NCBI GenBank assembly: GCA_965112735.1
Contig: OZ218963.1
Coordinates: 1,240,001 to 1,304,000, forward strand
Length of the DNA: 64,000 bases
Direction: 5' to 3'
Origin: Phaeosaccion multiseriatum
Taxonomy: Eukaryota; Protista; Ochrophyta, other classes
Part shown: in pieces, positions 34,101 through 48,300 of the stretch
Layout: the number at the start of each line of letters is the position of its first letter
Numbering within the stretch: position 1 is the stretch's first letter
The notes under the pieces: generated by a model
Databases searched by the model: none
What the model was told of the DNA's origin: nothing
Seen by the model: the letters and a program-made list of their open reading frames with translations, nothing else
Position numbers and translations under genes: made by a program

Positions 34101-36372
34101 CTTATGATGCAATAACGAACACACTTCTCAATCTCTCGCTGGAGGTGGGTGCAGCAGCGGCGGATGGGGGGGGCATTAGCAGTAGCAGCAACAGCCTGAG
34201 CGCTAGTGGTCTTCGCAGCAGCCGAAGAGAGGAGGCGAAGAGCAGCAAGAGACTGAGCGGCACCAACGTGGGCGGCAGGGTCACTGATAGCGGTCGGCAA
34301 CAGGCCCCCCTCAGTCTTCGCGTGCGGCGATGGAGGAATCGAGGCATTGCCCCGAAGCACGTCGAAAGCGGTTCCTTTGGATGGTTCCGCATGCTCAGCG
34401 TGCTCGAGCAAAGGGACGTGGGAGCGGGAGAGAGCAATGGTGCCTCCCATGTCCTGGAGGAGGAGGAGGAGGAGGATGATGATGATGATGGTGGTGGTGG
34501 TGGTGGCAGTGGAGGAGGACATGAGCTGTTCAAGCACATTCACGGCCACCACCCCCACCACCCTCACCACCACCACCAGCAGCAGGAGGAGCAAACCTCT
34601 TTTCCGTCCGGCGACGGAGTTGCTCCAATTGGCGACGACTCGTACATGATCATGTTCCTCCTGGCACACCTTGATCGCATCGGCACGCACTTCATCTCCA
34701 CGAGAGGACATATGGGCGATGATGACTTTGTGCATCAGGGCGGAGGCGGAACGTCCTCCCGGAGTAGTAACGCCACTTGGCGGGAAGTTGGCAAAGGGGC
34801 GGCCCTGTCCTTCTCCTATGACGTCAGACCGCATACCTTTGAGCATCTTGTGGCCATTACGCTGCGCTGCAGGGAGATGGAGAGCAGGAGCAGAGACCGC
34901 CGTCGGAGGCGTCTCATCCGAGGCACCCTGAATGGGAGGGGCGCGGCTATAGAGAGGGGTGGAGGTGATGGCTATGTTGCTGATGGTATGTGGTCAGAGC
35001 GGTACACCTACCTCCTCTACGCGGCCCTCCGCCTGCTTCGCATCAATATGACGCAGCTCGTGCAGCGAGGCCTGGGGGTTGATGCCTTCGGTGGTGAGGC
35101 ACGCAAAGCCACGCTCTTGGGACTTCTTCTTGCCATCATCAAAGACGACCCAGGCGTGGACGGGGACTCTGACTCAGACGGAGGAGGAGGAGGTTCCGTG
35201 GGCGTGCCGGTGCAGCGGAGGATGAGCAGCAGGGGGGGCAGGAGGGGGGGCAATCAGGGGGGCAGCCAGGAGGTGGTGCGTGAAGCGCTTAGTCTCTTTG
35301 TATGTGGGCTCGACATATTTTACCCCACCCCTTTGGAGCAAAGCCGCTTGCTGCAGCAGTACTTGGATCGGCACCTGTCCGACTCGCTGCCTCAGGCGGA
35401 GGCCAACATTTTGCACCTGCTGGTGGAAAGGCTCACTAGCCTTGAGTACCTGACCTTCATCATTGACGAGCCAAGTAGATGTGAAGGGGGGGGGAGACGA
35501 GAAGCAGGAGGAGGAGGAGCAGGGGGAGAAGGTGGAGCAAGAGGAGGAGGAGGAGGAGGAGCGGGAGGAGGAGGAGGAACAGGAGCAGCAGGGTGGGGAG
35601 GGAGGAGAGGGAGACTGGAGGAAGGCCGCGACTGGGACGGAGAAGAGCGGCCGGGGGATGTTGAAGTTCGAGGGAGTGGAGAGGCGGTCGATGCGGGTGG
35701 AATCCCGGGTAGCAGCAGCAGCAGCAACAGCAGCAGCAGCGGCATGATAAGTAGAGGCATACGGCATCAAGGCCGTGATGGAAGCAGTATTAGCAACGAG
35801 GAGGTACTCATGGGCCTGGCGGACTCAATGATCATTGCGGCAGCGAGCAGTATCGGGGGTGACCGCAGAAGATGGCGAAAGGGGACTTCGGGTGGTGGTG
35901 TGCAGAGGAGGAAGCAAAACTCGTCCATTATGGCTGCACTTGGGATGATGCTGAAGCTTCTAATGAGCCGAGCCACCCTCAGCGCGCAAAAGGGGGAGCC
36001 TCTCCCGGGGGGCTTGGAGCCTTTCTGCGGAGTCCTGCTCCGAGAGTCAGCCCGTCTCATGCAGCAGGCCGTTACAGAAACGGAGCAGCAGGGCATGTCG
36101 GTGATGCTGCAGCAAGAGCTGCGGGAAGGCATGGTTGGTACGCTCCTGTCGCCGTGCATGAGCATGCTGTGGCTGCTTGCGAAGGAAGAGAGCACGCAGA
36201 GGAGAGGCACGGCGGCCTCCTCGCAGCCATCCGCTGGAAGGCCCACCCACCCGGTAAGTAAGACCCCATTTGTTTGTTTGTTTGTTTGTTTGTTTGTTTG
36301 TTTGTTTGTTTGTTTGTTTGTTTGTCTTTGTTTGTTCTTTTTTTTCTTTTTTTCTTTCTGCCTTTCGTTCTC

Positions 36373-36423
<51 letters not shown>

Positions 36424-39400
36424 CTTTCTCTCTGTGTTTGTGTGTTCGTTCGTTCGTTTGTTTGTTTGTTAGCCCTAATGGTGAAGGTGAAGAAGAAGTC
36501 GTCAAGTATGTATTCTGACCGTTACCGTTCTCATTCATGGCGGCCTCCTCTCTGCCGCCATGAACGCCCCGCATGTCTTTCATCTCTCTCTCTCCCTCTC
36601 TCTCTCCCTCTCTCTCTCCCTCTCTCTCTCCTGCCCTCCCCTCACACCAAGGTGCTTGCAATGCTGGCGTCTCTGTCCAAGTCCATTGTGGACATTGTGG
36701 CAACATTGGGTCAGTTGGTCAAGAGCTTGCCCGAAGCAGCTCGAACGGCGCAGGTGCAGACCTCGACCAAGAGAGAAGAGAAGAGCATGCTGTCCAGCGC
36801 TCACCCATATGCTTGCAACATACACCAGAAGAGGAAGGTATGTCGATGTGGTGTATATGCACACGCCCCCCATAGGGTGGTGGGGTTGAGGCGTGTGTGG
36901 GGAGGGGGGGGGGGGGGGGATAGTTGGAGGGCATTTGGGTGACGAGTGGATAGCATACCGTGGGGCATGTGGGTGAGATAATGCTGCAGGAGTAGGGCTG
37001 GTAAGAAGCAAGGGGAAGAGAGAGAGGGAGAGGGGGGGAGGAAGATTGACGCCTCTTGCCTCTTGTGCCTCTTGTGCTCCATCCATGCAACAACAAGAGC
37101 TATAGGGTTTTCGTGGCGCTCGCTCCTCACATACATACCCACCCACGCTGCCTTCTCTCATCTCTTGTTCATCTGCCCTCTCCTCCCTGCTCCCCTCTTT
37201 CGCGTCCCCCCGCACCTCAACTAACCCAACGTGTACAGGTGTGCATCCCCGGTGCTTCTGAGCTCTTGTTGAGTTTCAGTGCGTCGACCATTACGGAGCC
37301 ACAGTACGATTACGTCCAGTTTTTCGCCGACGAGGCTCTGACCAAGCCTCTGTTCAGACCGGGCGCCAAAAAGTGAGTTTCGTCGCTTCGGCTCGGTGGT
37401 TGGGTTGTTTTGTTTGTGTTGTTTGGCTCTGTTCTGCATGCCTTTCGAGGTTATTCGGAGTCTCTACAGCTTTTGCGTGTGTGTGTTGTGTGTATGCGTG
37501 CGTGAGAGAGAGAGGGAGTGAGGGGCTCGGCCGCGTAATCTCCACTACCCCACACGTCCTGTTACTTTTCTGTAACTGTAAAACTTCCTTCACACGTCTC
37601 CCAACCCCCCCCCCCCCCCCCAATGCTCCCATTTCGCACCCCTTGCGCCCCCACCCTTTTGACGCGGATACAATACATAGCCTGAGCTGCGACGAGAATA
37701 ACCCTGACCTCCAGCGCTTCAGTGGGCCTACGCACTGGCCAGGGAAGGCTCTTCCAGAGGTCGTCATTCCAGGAGACACCGTCTGGCTGCGGTGGCATAC
37801 AGGTCAGTGAGTGTGTGTGTATGTTTTTAATAGAACCACGGTTGTCCCCTCTCTCTCTTGTCTATCTCTACCCCTCTCCCTCTCTGTCTCTCTCTCTCCC
37901 TCCCTCCCTCCCTCTCCCTCTCCCTCCCTCCCTCCCTCTCCCTCTCCCTCCCCCAATTCTTCTCTCCCTCTCTCCCTCTCCCGCTCGTTAAGCTGATACT
38001 ACGTGTGCATGGATCTTATTGCTTTGGCTCACGCCCCTGCTGACCCCGTCTGGCCACACTCAGCGCACACACATGCACGTGTGACTATTAACAGGACATG
38101 AGGCGTGGTGTGGTGTGGTGTGGTGAGCGGGCTTATATCATCCCTCAATTCATTTCGAACCCTTCCCCACCGCACACGCACTTGATATGGAATGTCCTCT
38201 GCTTGCCTGCATGCAGACGGGAGCAACGTGGACTGGGGCTGGGAGCTGCACGCACGGGGCCGGGTCGCGCACCGAACCAGCAAGAAGCGCCTTCATTGGC
38301 TTGTGCAGCTTGAGTACCTAAGCGTGCTGCTTACCACTTGCCTGGTGGAAGAGAGGGTGGGGGGGATCCCTCTCTTGCCGGACGAGGAGGCGTATGGACA
38401 GTGGCTGACACACCCTCTGATTTCCCCCGGCCTGGGGCGAGGGCCAAGTAGCGCTGCTGCTGCTGCTGCCACACGGTTGGGGGACACGCAGCAGCAGGAG
38501 CAGCAGCAGCAGCAGCAGCAGCGGCAGCGGCAGGGAGGAGGAATGTTGTCTAGTGGTCTGTCTGAAGCAGAGGCAAAGGGAAGGGCAGGAGAGGCAGGCG
38601 GAGGGCTGGAGGAAGAGGAAGGGGTCGGAGAAGATGAGAAAGCCCGTTTCTCCTCATCAGCACTGCTCACGGAGCTCTGCAAAGGTGAGAAGAGGGGAGG
38701 AGAAGGGAGGGAGGGAGGGTGGGTGGGAGGGAGGGAGGGAGGGAGGGAGGGAGGGAGGGAGGGAGGGAGGGAGGGAGGGAGGGAGGGGGGGAGGGAGGGA
38801 GGGAGGGAGGGAGGGAGACGGAGAGGTCAAAGAGAAGAGCCCCCCCCCAAGCATGACAACAGACAGAGCCGAGTGCCCAACTTTGCCCAACTAGTCCCAC
38901 CTATGCACCCAACTATTGCCTATCCTCGACTCCTTGCGCGTGTCAGGTGCCTCATCGCCATCCTTGTCGGCGCCATTTCCCCCAGCGAGGAGAGCGGCTC
39001 AGGCCTTTGTGTGGAGGATGAAGCAGGCCGTCTTGGAGGACCAGGGTTCGCTCGTGTCAGTCAATGCGTCTGTATGGGCGTGCGCCGCAGCTCTGATTCA
39101 TCATTGCGGTCTGGCAGAGGAGGCCGTGGCGCTAGCGAAGGCGCTAAGCAGTGACGATGCCCTTGAACCAAGCAGTAGTGCTGCTCCTGCTCCTGCCCCT
39201 GCTGCTGCTGTGGCGCGACGCTCCGGCCGGGGGGGAGGGGGGCAACAAGAAGGGGGGGATGGTACTGGAAGGCCCCCCACCACACCTTCTCCTGCCTTGG
39301 TCTTGGCGTGGAGAGCCGCGCAGCAAATGCGCCACTGGTTCATGTCGCGGCAGGAGCGAAGCAGAGACGAGGACGCAGCAATGGTCGTGGGGAGGGCCAA

Positions 39401-42400
39401 GTTACTTCTGCTGGTGCCACCCTACGGCGCATCGGAAGCGCCAGGTGCAAGTAGTAGTAGTCGGAAGACGGGCAGGCGAGACAGTGGTGATGGTAACGTC
39501 CGTCACGATCAGATCGGTGGCGATGATGGCGATGATGATGACGAGGATGATGGGAATGGTCGCGGCGGGGGTGGGAGGGAGGGGAGAGTGCCGGAGGTTC
39601 GAGCGGAGTGGCGCCCCACCGCCCCCCTCTCTCTCCACAGCGGACTGCTTGTGGACATTGAGCCGGATGGCAATGAAAGCGCTCAAGAGAACGAGGACGG
39701 AATGTTCAGACAGCGGACTCTGAGTCGGGACTTTGCAGCACGAGAGGACGTGAATGTTAGCGTGTCGGAGATGCATGTGCCAACCACGTTGGATAGCACA
39801 TTGCGTAGGGTCGAGCACTGCTTCGACAATCCTCACGGCCGAGGGGAGGGCGCTAGTCAGAATGATGAGTGGAGTGGCCTGACTGGTGGTGAGAGCGAGG
39901 GGCATCACACTGCTCTCCAACTACCGCCTGCAGCACCGTATCAGGCCTCTGCCTCATCACCGAGCGGTGCGGTCGATGCTGATGCTGCAGATTCGCAGTC
40001 TGGCAGCAGGGCATGGGAGGCTCCAGACATGGTGTCTGTGAAGACTGCGAGTGAAGGCAGGCTTGTGAGAAGCAGCCAGGGCAGCCGAGGGCACAGCAGC
40101 GTGTGTAGACTTGTACTTGGCTTTCTCAAGGGCGAGGACGAGGGAGGAGGAGCACGGAAGGCACGCACGGGGATTGCTGTGGGAGGAAGTGTCGCAATGC
40201 ATGGATCAGGGGCGACAGCAGCAGCAGCAGCAGGTGGTGGTGGTGGAGGAGGAGGAGGAGGAGGAGGAGGAGGAGAAGCAGCAGCACCACCACCACCAGC
40301 AACAGCAGGAGGGCATCCATCGGCGGAGTCCTTGTCTGTGAACCCTGCGGTCCTCCACCGCCTCATGAAACGCCGCGAAGTCCGGGCCATAGCACGCCGC
40401 GATGGCTTCCGACTGGCGAGTGTGCTCCTTGCCAGGCTGCGCTCCCCGAGGCTGAAGGCCACCGTACTGCAAGCCGTCACCACAGGCCTGCTACAGTTCA
40501 TGGAGGGTGGTGAGTGAGGGAGGGTGGAGCGTGTTTGACTCTGTTTTGTGTGCCTGTCGTGTCCCCGTGATATACTCTCCTTCCCTCGCTTGAATCGTCA
40601 TCGTCATGACTCTCCCTTGGCTCACCTCCACCTCCCCCGGTGCTCACTCACACCACCACCACCACCACCACCACCACCACCACCGCAACCGATTCCTGGC
40701 CCACCTGTAGTTCTGACTCCCTTTTTGTCGCTCCTTCCTCCTCCTCTCCCCCCCCTTCCCCTCCTCTCGCTTCCTGCCTATCCATCATCCTATTTTAATT
40801 AAGGTGGAGTACACTTTCTATCCAAGCTCGACGGAGGTACTGCCCATTTAGCCAAGCAGGACTTACGCCGAGCCGTGTCCGCCTACCTCGCCCATTTAGT
40901 AGGGCTGCTGGAGCAGGAGGGAGGCGTTCAGCGTCAGGGAGGAGGTGCGAGAGTCATGATCGGCGCCATTCTCCAAGCTGTTGCCATGGACTATCGCCTC
41001 GCTGATCATGACATGCTGCATACAAGTGGGCTCCTTCGTCCGGTGGTGAGGTTACTGGACAGGGGCCGCGGTTGGCCGGAGGTACACAGAGCGGCGACTC
41101 TGCTGTTCAAGCACCTGCTTAAGTACTGCTTCCGGCCGGAGGAGGAGGAGGAGGAAGGGGAGGAAGTAGAGGGGGAGGGAGGACAGAAGACGACGGGAGG
41201 GAGGATGGCAGTAGAGGTGCGCAGGCGTAGGCCCCTGACACGCTTCCAGGAGGACCTGTTGAAGGCTGTACGCGGAAGGATGGCCAACGCTCTGGTGCAG
41301 GGGCTCGATGGCAGTCTATGCCCTCCTCCTCCACCGCCTCTGCTGCCCACGCCCTCCCCTCCTCTACGAGTTGATGGGCAAGAGCCGCCACACTCACGGG
41401 AGGGGGGCGAAGACGCGCAGGCGCACCAGAGCCGTGCCAAAGAAAAGAAGAGAACTTCTTTCTCGGAAGACTCTGTCCCTCTCGCTGTCCGGAAGAAGGG
41501 GGGCGTAGGCATTCCGCAGCCAGTGTCTGCCGCACCACCGCCTGCACCCCAGCGAGCGGGGGGAGGAAATTCCCTCGCTTGGGAGGGAAAGGTGAGAAAG
41601 GAAGTGCTTGCTTTTTCTGCTTGTTTCTTTTTCTGGATCTTGTTTTCTCACCTTTTGCATGGCTGATAAGCATGAGGAGGTGAGGAGGTAGGGGAAGGTA
41701 TTGCATGCATATACAATACCTCCTTCCTCTCTCCATCCTACTCTCTCTGGACACCTTCACCTGAGCATCCCTCCCACCGGCTCTACTCTTACCTCCCCTC
41801 GCCAGACCGTTCTCCAGGCCTCTCCTCTCGTTCTGGAGCCTGGCAGGCTTGGCATCATCGCACCCCCTGCTCCCTTCCAGAATCGATTCACCCTCAGTCT
41901 CTGGGTCAAGAGAGGGCCCACCAACTCGGAGTTTTCCCGTCTTTTCCTCCCTCCAAAGGCCGCGTTGAAGCGCATGAGCCGCGCACGTTCTCAGAGCGGT
42001 TCTCTCAAGGCTATGGAGGAGGCCTACAGGAGAGCAGAAGGAGCAGCAGGAAGGGCAAGTCAGGGAGGAGGGGGAGGAGGAGATGGCGGCAGCGGTGTTG
42101 GGCAGCGCAGGCAACGGAGCAAGAGCCTAGGGAGGATTGTGGGAAGGTCCGCGTCGTTATCGGAAGCGTTCGGCGCTCCAAGTAGCGGGCATGATGGAGG
42201 AGAGGGAACGGTTTCGTATCGTGTAGTTGGGGCCGCCGGGTGCGCCATTCGTCGGACACCAGACCTTGATTCGGAGAGCGTGGGCACCGTGGCGTGTGGC
42301 GAGACGGTTGAAGTGGGCCCTGCGGAGGAGGTGTATCGGTTTCATGACCTGGTGCTGAGTGCGAGGCGGCTACGGGTGGTCTCTCCTGTGAAGGGGTACT

Positions 42401-44575
42401 GCAGTCGGTGTAGCGCCGATGGGTATGTCATTCTCAAGGTGAGTGAGTGTGTGTTCGTGTCCTTCTCTCTCTCGTATGGTAGGACGGGCTTCGCATTGTG
42501 TATGTATCGTCAGCTCTCTCTACCCACCTCCTCCTCCTCCTCCTCCTCCTCCTCCTCCTCCTCCTCCTCCTCCTCCTCCTCCTCCTCCTCCTCCTCCTTC
42601 CTCTCTCTCGCTGCAATGTTCTTGTCATGTAGTGGTGTACGTGGTCGTTCTCAACCTGCCGCACCACCTGTTCTGCTATTCTCTTACGTATGCGTGCATG
42701 GGGATGTACGTAGCCGGACCCAAAACTACGTCCGGGGGCACTGGTGAGGAGAGGGGCCCACTGGAGTGGCGGCAACGAAGACGGAGGAAACGGGCAGCTG
42801 GGCACGGTCATTGGGATGGTTCCTTATGGAGGAGAGGAGGAGAAGGGGGTGAGAGTCAAGTGGCATCACCACCAACGAAGCAACGCATATGGAGGGTACG
42901 GTGGCTACGGAGGAACAGATACGTATGTGTACAGCTGGGGCCACGGTGGTCGTTACGAAGTGCATGCAGCTCCTGATGGGGAAGGAGGATTGTTGCTCTA
43001 CAAGGGATACGAAAGCGTCTTCCCTGCTGATACACCGCCGGGAAACAGGTCATATTCATGTGAGTTTGAGGACAATGGTCATCACCAAGGCGTTGAGAAG
43101 CAGCGGGGCGCGAGCGAGACTGCGGCGGGGGGGGTTGAGCGGCAGAGCACAGCCAGCAGCACAGCCGGGCGAGGGCATGAAATGGTGGCCCAGGCGCAAG
43201 CACGGCAGTTTGTGGCCAAGAGAGCCTTTCTGGCGCTCGAGATTGATGATGGCGGGTATGTTAGGTACACCACTTCGGCGGGAGGAGGAGGTGGAGGAGG
43301 AGGTGGAGGGGAGAGAAAGGGTGATGGATGGGGAGGAGGAGGAGGGTGGCCAAATGCCAGGGGGGGAGACGCGTCCAGAGGTACTGCTACTGATGTCACG
43401 CTCATCGCAGCCACCCCTCTGCTGGAGAATGAGTGGTCACACATCACGGTGGTGCAAGACAGCTTCGAGCTGAGTCTCTACGTGCACGGGGAGCTCAGCA
43501 GCACCGCTCGTCTGAGTGACATGGGAAGGGCCCTCTTGCCCCGTGCGAGTCGTGTGAGTGGAGGGGGGGGGGGTGGTGTTGGCGTTGGTGAGACGAGGGG
43601 GCGAGAGGAAACAGGAGCAGCGGTGGGTGTAGGTAGGGCGGTATCGCTAGCGTCGCACCACAGTGCTGCCGCTCCTACGCCTTCGGGACAAGCAGGAGGA
43701 GCAGCAGCAGGAGGAGGAGCAGCAGCAGCAGCAGCAGCTGGACGAGGGGGAGGAGGAGGAGGAGGAGGAGGAGGAGGAGGAGGAGGAGGAGGAGGAGGAG
43801 GAGGAGGAAGAGAAGGACGAGGAAGAAGAGGAAGGGGAGGAGTATCGGAGAAGGTGTTACAGGGGAGGGGGGTGACACCTTCTGCTGCCCGATCGAGAGG
43901 GGCGAGGGGAGCGGGGAGGAGTAGTAGGGTGGACGACCGAGTCGGCAGCCTGAAGACTGCGAATCAGCAAACGACAGAAGGAAGAAACCGGGGGGCACGT
44001 ATGAGGCCCGGCGGAGGGGGGCACGGTACGGACGTTACGGAAGGAGCGTTACGGAATGACAGGGAGGGGCGGCGCCATTCGTTGAACAAGGAGAGGAGGT
44101 GCGTGCCGTGCGTTTTTCACACAAGGCAATTTGTCTTTCATTCCGTTTGTACGAAACGGGCCTTCTCGCCTGCTACTCCCCTAGGGATGTTTTCGATGTA
44201 ATCTGCTGGTCTGCTGTTCCCTCATTCCACCCCCCCCCCGTCTGTGACGCCAATGAATGTATGTGTCTGGAAACAAAAACAAAGGTTTCAACACGGCTCC
44301 AAGGACGAGGATGTTCCGTCAACAGCACCGATACCTCCTGCCTTCTCCCTCGATTTGGAACTTTGCCCTACCTTCCTGGGACAACCGCCGGCTCGGGTCA
44401 CCCACCGGCGGGCAAGTCGTCTGGCTAGCCTCAAACAAGTGGTCACGTTCAACCGACCCTTGAAGCCCGCTGAAGTTGTCGCGCTGTCGAGGGTGAGGGA
44501 TGAAGAAGCAGCAGGGGGCAACATGCAGGAGGGCGGCTTTCAGCAGCAACCATACGGGGCCGGTGCTAGAGGTCC

Positions 44576-44618
<43 letters not shown>

Positions 44619-45265
44619 GAGGAGGAGGAGATGGAGATGGAGAAGTGGAGGAAGAAAGGCTGGAAGAGCCACCAAGTGGCGGAGTGCCTGGCGCTGGTGA
44701 ACCGCTGCTGTATGTCCGCTGCGGCCTGTGCTGGGCTGTTCCGTCCACATGAGGAGGAGAGCCCCTACACTACGGCTCAGGCACGCGCGCACGCACACAC
44801 AGACGCACATCAGACACCTGGTCTCCACTTGCTGCATGGCCCACGCGAGAGGGAGGGTGCGTATATGACTGAAGCTCTGCTCCGCCTCCTGCTACACGGT
44901 GGGCATGCCGGTAGTACTGTGTGGACGGCCACGATTAGTTTGTGTAGGACCGTGCTGCCCAAGCTGAGTTTGAAGGATGTCAACGCACATTTCCGACGCA
45001 TCGCACAGCAGGGGCCAATCCTCTTGTCTTGTTGTTCTTCTTGTTGCGATGGGTCGGGGAATATGGGAGATGATGGGTGCTTTGAGACCAAGGGCGGGGG
45101 CGGCAAGAGAGGAGGAGAGGACGAGGAGAGCAGCCATTCTGAAACGGGCGGTCTTGGCTTGGTGGAGTCCTGCGTGGTGTTTGTTGGAAACATTGCCAAT
45201 GTTTGGAACGCTCTGAGCACCGCTCCAACGCCCCCCCGTAAAAGGAGGAGGAAGAGTAGTGTTAG

Positions 45266-45300
<35 letters not shown>

Positions 45301-48300
45301 CAGAGGAGAAAGCTGCTGGATCGGCGTCTTCGGAGTCGAAGCCTGCCGCCCTCAGTCAGAGCGAGGACGAGTCAATGGGCGTGGGGGCCGTGGTGGGGGA
45401 GGGAGGAGGGGGGGGGAGAAAGGTTTCTGCAGGAGAAGGCGATTCCGGAGGACAAGAGGGCATGCGGCCCCGACCTCCTGCTCATGAGGCGTTCGCCATG
45501 GCGGCCGATGTTGCTTCTCTTTTGCGCGAGTTGCTGTGCTCAGACGGGGAGTGGGGCGAGGAGGTTCTGGAGGTGGTGCGGCGTGTGCTGGGGCAGGCGC
45601 CAGATGTACTGGCCTCTCTCCTGCAGCAGCAGATGGTGATACAGCAGCAGAAGCAGCAGCAGGAGGAGGTGGAGGTGGAGACGAAGGAAGGGCATGAGGA
45701 GCAAGTGAGGGACCTTCCTTCGAACGGTTCATGTCGGAAGCGAGGGATCAACAGCAGCAGCAGTAGCAGCAGCAGGAGCAGCGGCGGCGGCGGCAGCAGC
45801 ATCAACAGCACTAGCAGCACCAACTTGGATGCTTTGGTGGGCGTTCTTTGCGTCATTGGAGGGGAATTTAGCGGCCTTCGCCCGGGGAGCGAAGTACTGT
45901 GCCGCCTTCCCGGTGGGACCGATTCTGTAACCGATTCTGTAACTGCTGTCGGGAGCCGGGGGGCGGCGGCGGATGAGGAGCATTGGGGGGGAGGACGGAG
46001 AAATAATGGGGCAGGACTGTCGCCGCCGGCGAGGAGAGAGGGAAGGAGAGGAGGAGCAGGGGGACGGTCATCGCGCCCACCGCAGCAGCTGACCAGCAGT
46101 GAGACGAGGCTGCAGCGAGGCGTCGTCGTGTCTCGGGGGGTGTCATTATCGGAGGAAAGCGGGATGGTGGAGGAAACTGTCTGTGTGTCTGTGGACACTG
46201 TGGGCTCGACCTTGGGGTACGATGGCCTAGATGCATCCTCAGTGTCGTCGTCAGCAAGGGGAGGAGAATATCGGCGACCGTTTGCATCTGTATCTGCATC
46301 TGCATCTGAAGGCGACAACAGCGGCAGCGGCAGCAGCAGCGGTGCTGGCGGAGGCGGTGGAGGAGGAGGTGCTGCTGATGACTCTCTGGACGAAGGAGGA
46401 GGGGCGAGGGACGGCTTTGTCCTCACCCACCTCCCTATGGTGGATGTAACGCCACTACCCCTAGTCCTACCCTCTCGTGTGGCGGGTGCGTTGGCACGTG
46501 CTCAGGTGGCGCAGGAGCTTCTCCCTGTTCTGCAGTACCTCTTGCAACTCTCCCCTGGGGCAGGAGGAGGACGAGGAGGAGGAGGAGGAGGAGGAGAAGA
46601 GGGGCGAATGCCGTCGTGGCGCCGTCTTGGGCTTGTGATGGACATTCGCGCAAGGGTCGCCAAGAGCTTGTCGCTTCTTGTCGAGCATGAGTGCTTCGTG
46701 GCTGCCTATCTTCCTCTTCTGCCTTCGCTGTGTAGAGCGGCTTCTCGTCTACTACCGGGAAGTAGCAACAGCAGCAGCAGCAGCAGCACGGGTTTGTTGT
46801 CTTTGACCCCGTCTCTTTCCACGGAGAGTCCAAGGAGCAGGAGCAGCATGTGCGGCCCTGAGGGCGCCGAAGCTGATGGCGCTGCTGCTGTATCTACTAC
46901 TAGTCGTCGTACGAAGGCGAAGGAGCACAGTGAGGGGGCTGGGTCGGACAGCAGGGGTCAGCCAGGGCCAGGGCAAGGGAAGGTGGGGGCCGGCATCCAT
47001 ACACCGCAACTGCTCCAACCAGGAACCGTTTCCGAAACGTTCGAGAGTGCCCATCCCTACGCCAACAACGTGCAGGAGGGATGCTTGATTTGGTGCCGAG
47101 GGGCGACGCACTTATCCCTCTCTTTTAGTCCCCAGAGCCGGACGGAGGTGGCGTGTGACTACGTAACCTTTTATAAGGACGAGGATGCGTGGAGGCGAGG
47201 GCAGCCCTCACCTGGCGACTACTGGGGGCTGGAGAAGTACTCAGGGAGGGGGGGTAGTGAGAACTGGCCGGGCGTGGATGGCAGGCCTCCCTTGGTGATC
47301 CCCGCACACTCGGTCTACTTGCGATGGGTGACTGACTCGAGCAACACGGACTGGGGCTGGAAGTTGACGGTGACGGCGATGTTGGAAGGCGTGGAGCTGA
47401 GGCGTGCACCGGTGTCGCAGCTACAGCAGAGACTTCATCACATGTACCAAACGCTTTACGAACAGTTGCCTAACATGAGGGTCACCACCATCAGTAGCAG
47501 CACCAGCAGCACCAGCAGTAGCATCATGAGCAGAAGCAGCAACAGCCGAGCGGTGTTAGCTCCGTCGAAGGGCAGCGAGCAAGACCGAGCTACAGCTACT
47601 AGAGGGGACGGAGAGGAGGAGGTGAGGGAGACACTGGGGGCAAACAAGTGGTTCGCCGCAGCCTCTGACATTTACTCACCAAGCGATGGCAGCCCTATGC
47701 TTGACCAACGCGAACCTCTCGCGAAGTGGGGGGGGGCGGCGCCGTGGGACTGTTTCTCGGCAGCAGCCGATGCGGGGTGGTCGGAGCCGACGCCTGATTG
47801 GCCCCAACGCTTCAGTGTGTGCCCAGAAGGCGTGGTGCTGGGCTTCAGGCGGGCAAGGGGGGGCGGCAGTTGCAGCACTGCAACACCGCAACAGCAGCAC
47901 AGCAACACTGACGAGCAGCAGCATCAGCAGCACCAAGAAGGGGCGGTGGTACGGCTCCGAAAGAGATCACTCGTGCAAGCTTATGACGAGAGGCAAGGCT
48001 GGCTGAAGCTGAAGAGGGTCCAGGCGCTCATGCCCCTCGTTGCCTCGATTCCACAGACCTCGGTGAGCTTGGGGGAGGGAGGAACAGCAGCAGCAGCAGC
48101 AGCACCAGCACCAGCAGCACCAGCACACGACCCTGCGGGAGAAGAGGGTGAGCGTGCGGGAGGGCAGGCTCTGGGGACTCCTTTCATTTGGTGCTCTCCG
48201 CCTGCCTTACAGCTCCGTGAGCAGCGCAAGCCCCCAGGGGAGGAGAAGGCGGTAGGAGGGGGAGGATTCGCTGCAGTGGACGTGAGTGAGGACGGGCTCC

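Noticed and set aside
43663-43875. Alternative Glu/Gln-rich frame suggesting a frameshift in the HECT gene
   Set aside because: The main frame stays open and phase-consistent to the donor at 44099. The alternative frame is a by-product of (GGA)/(GCA) repeats.
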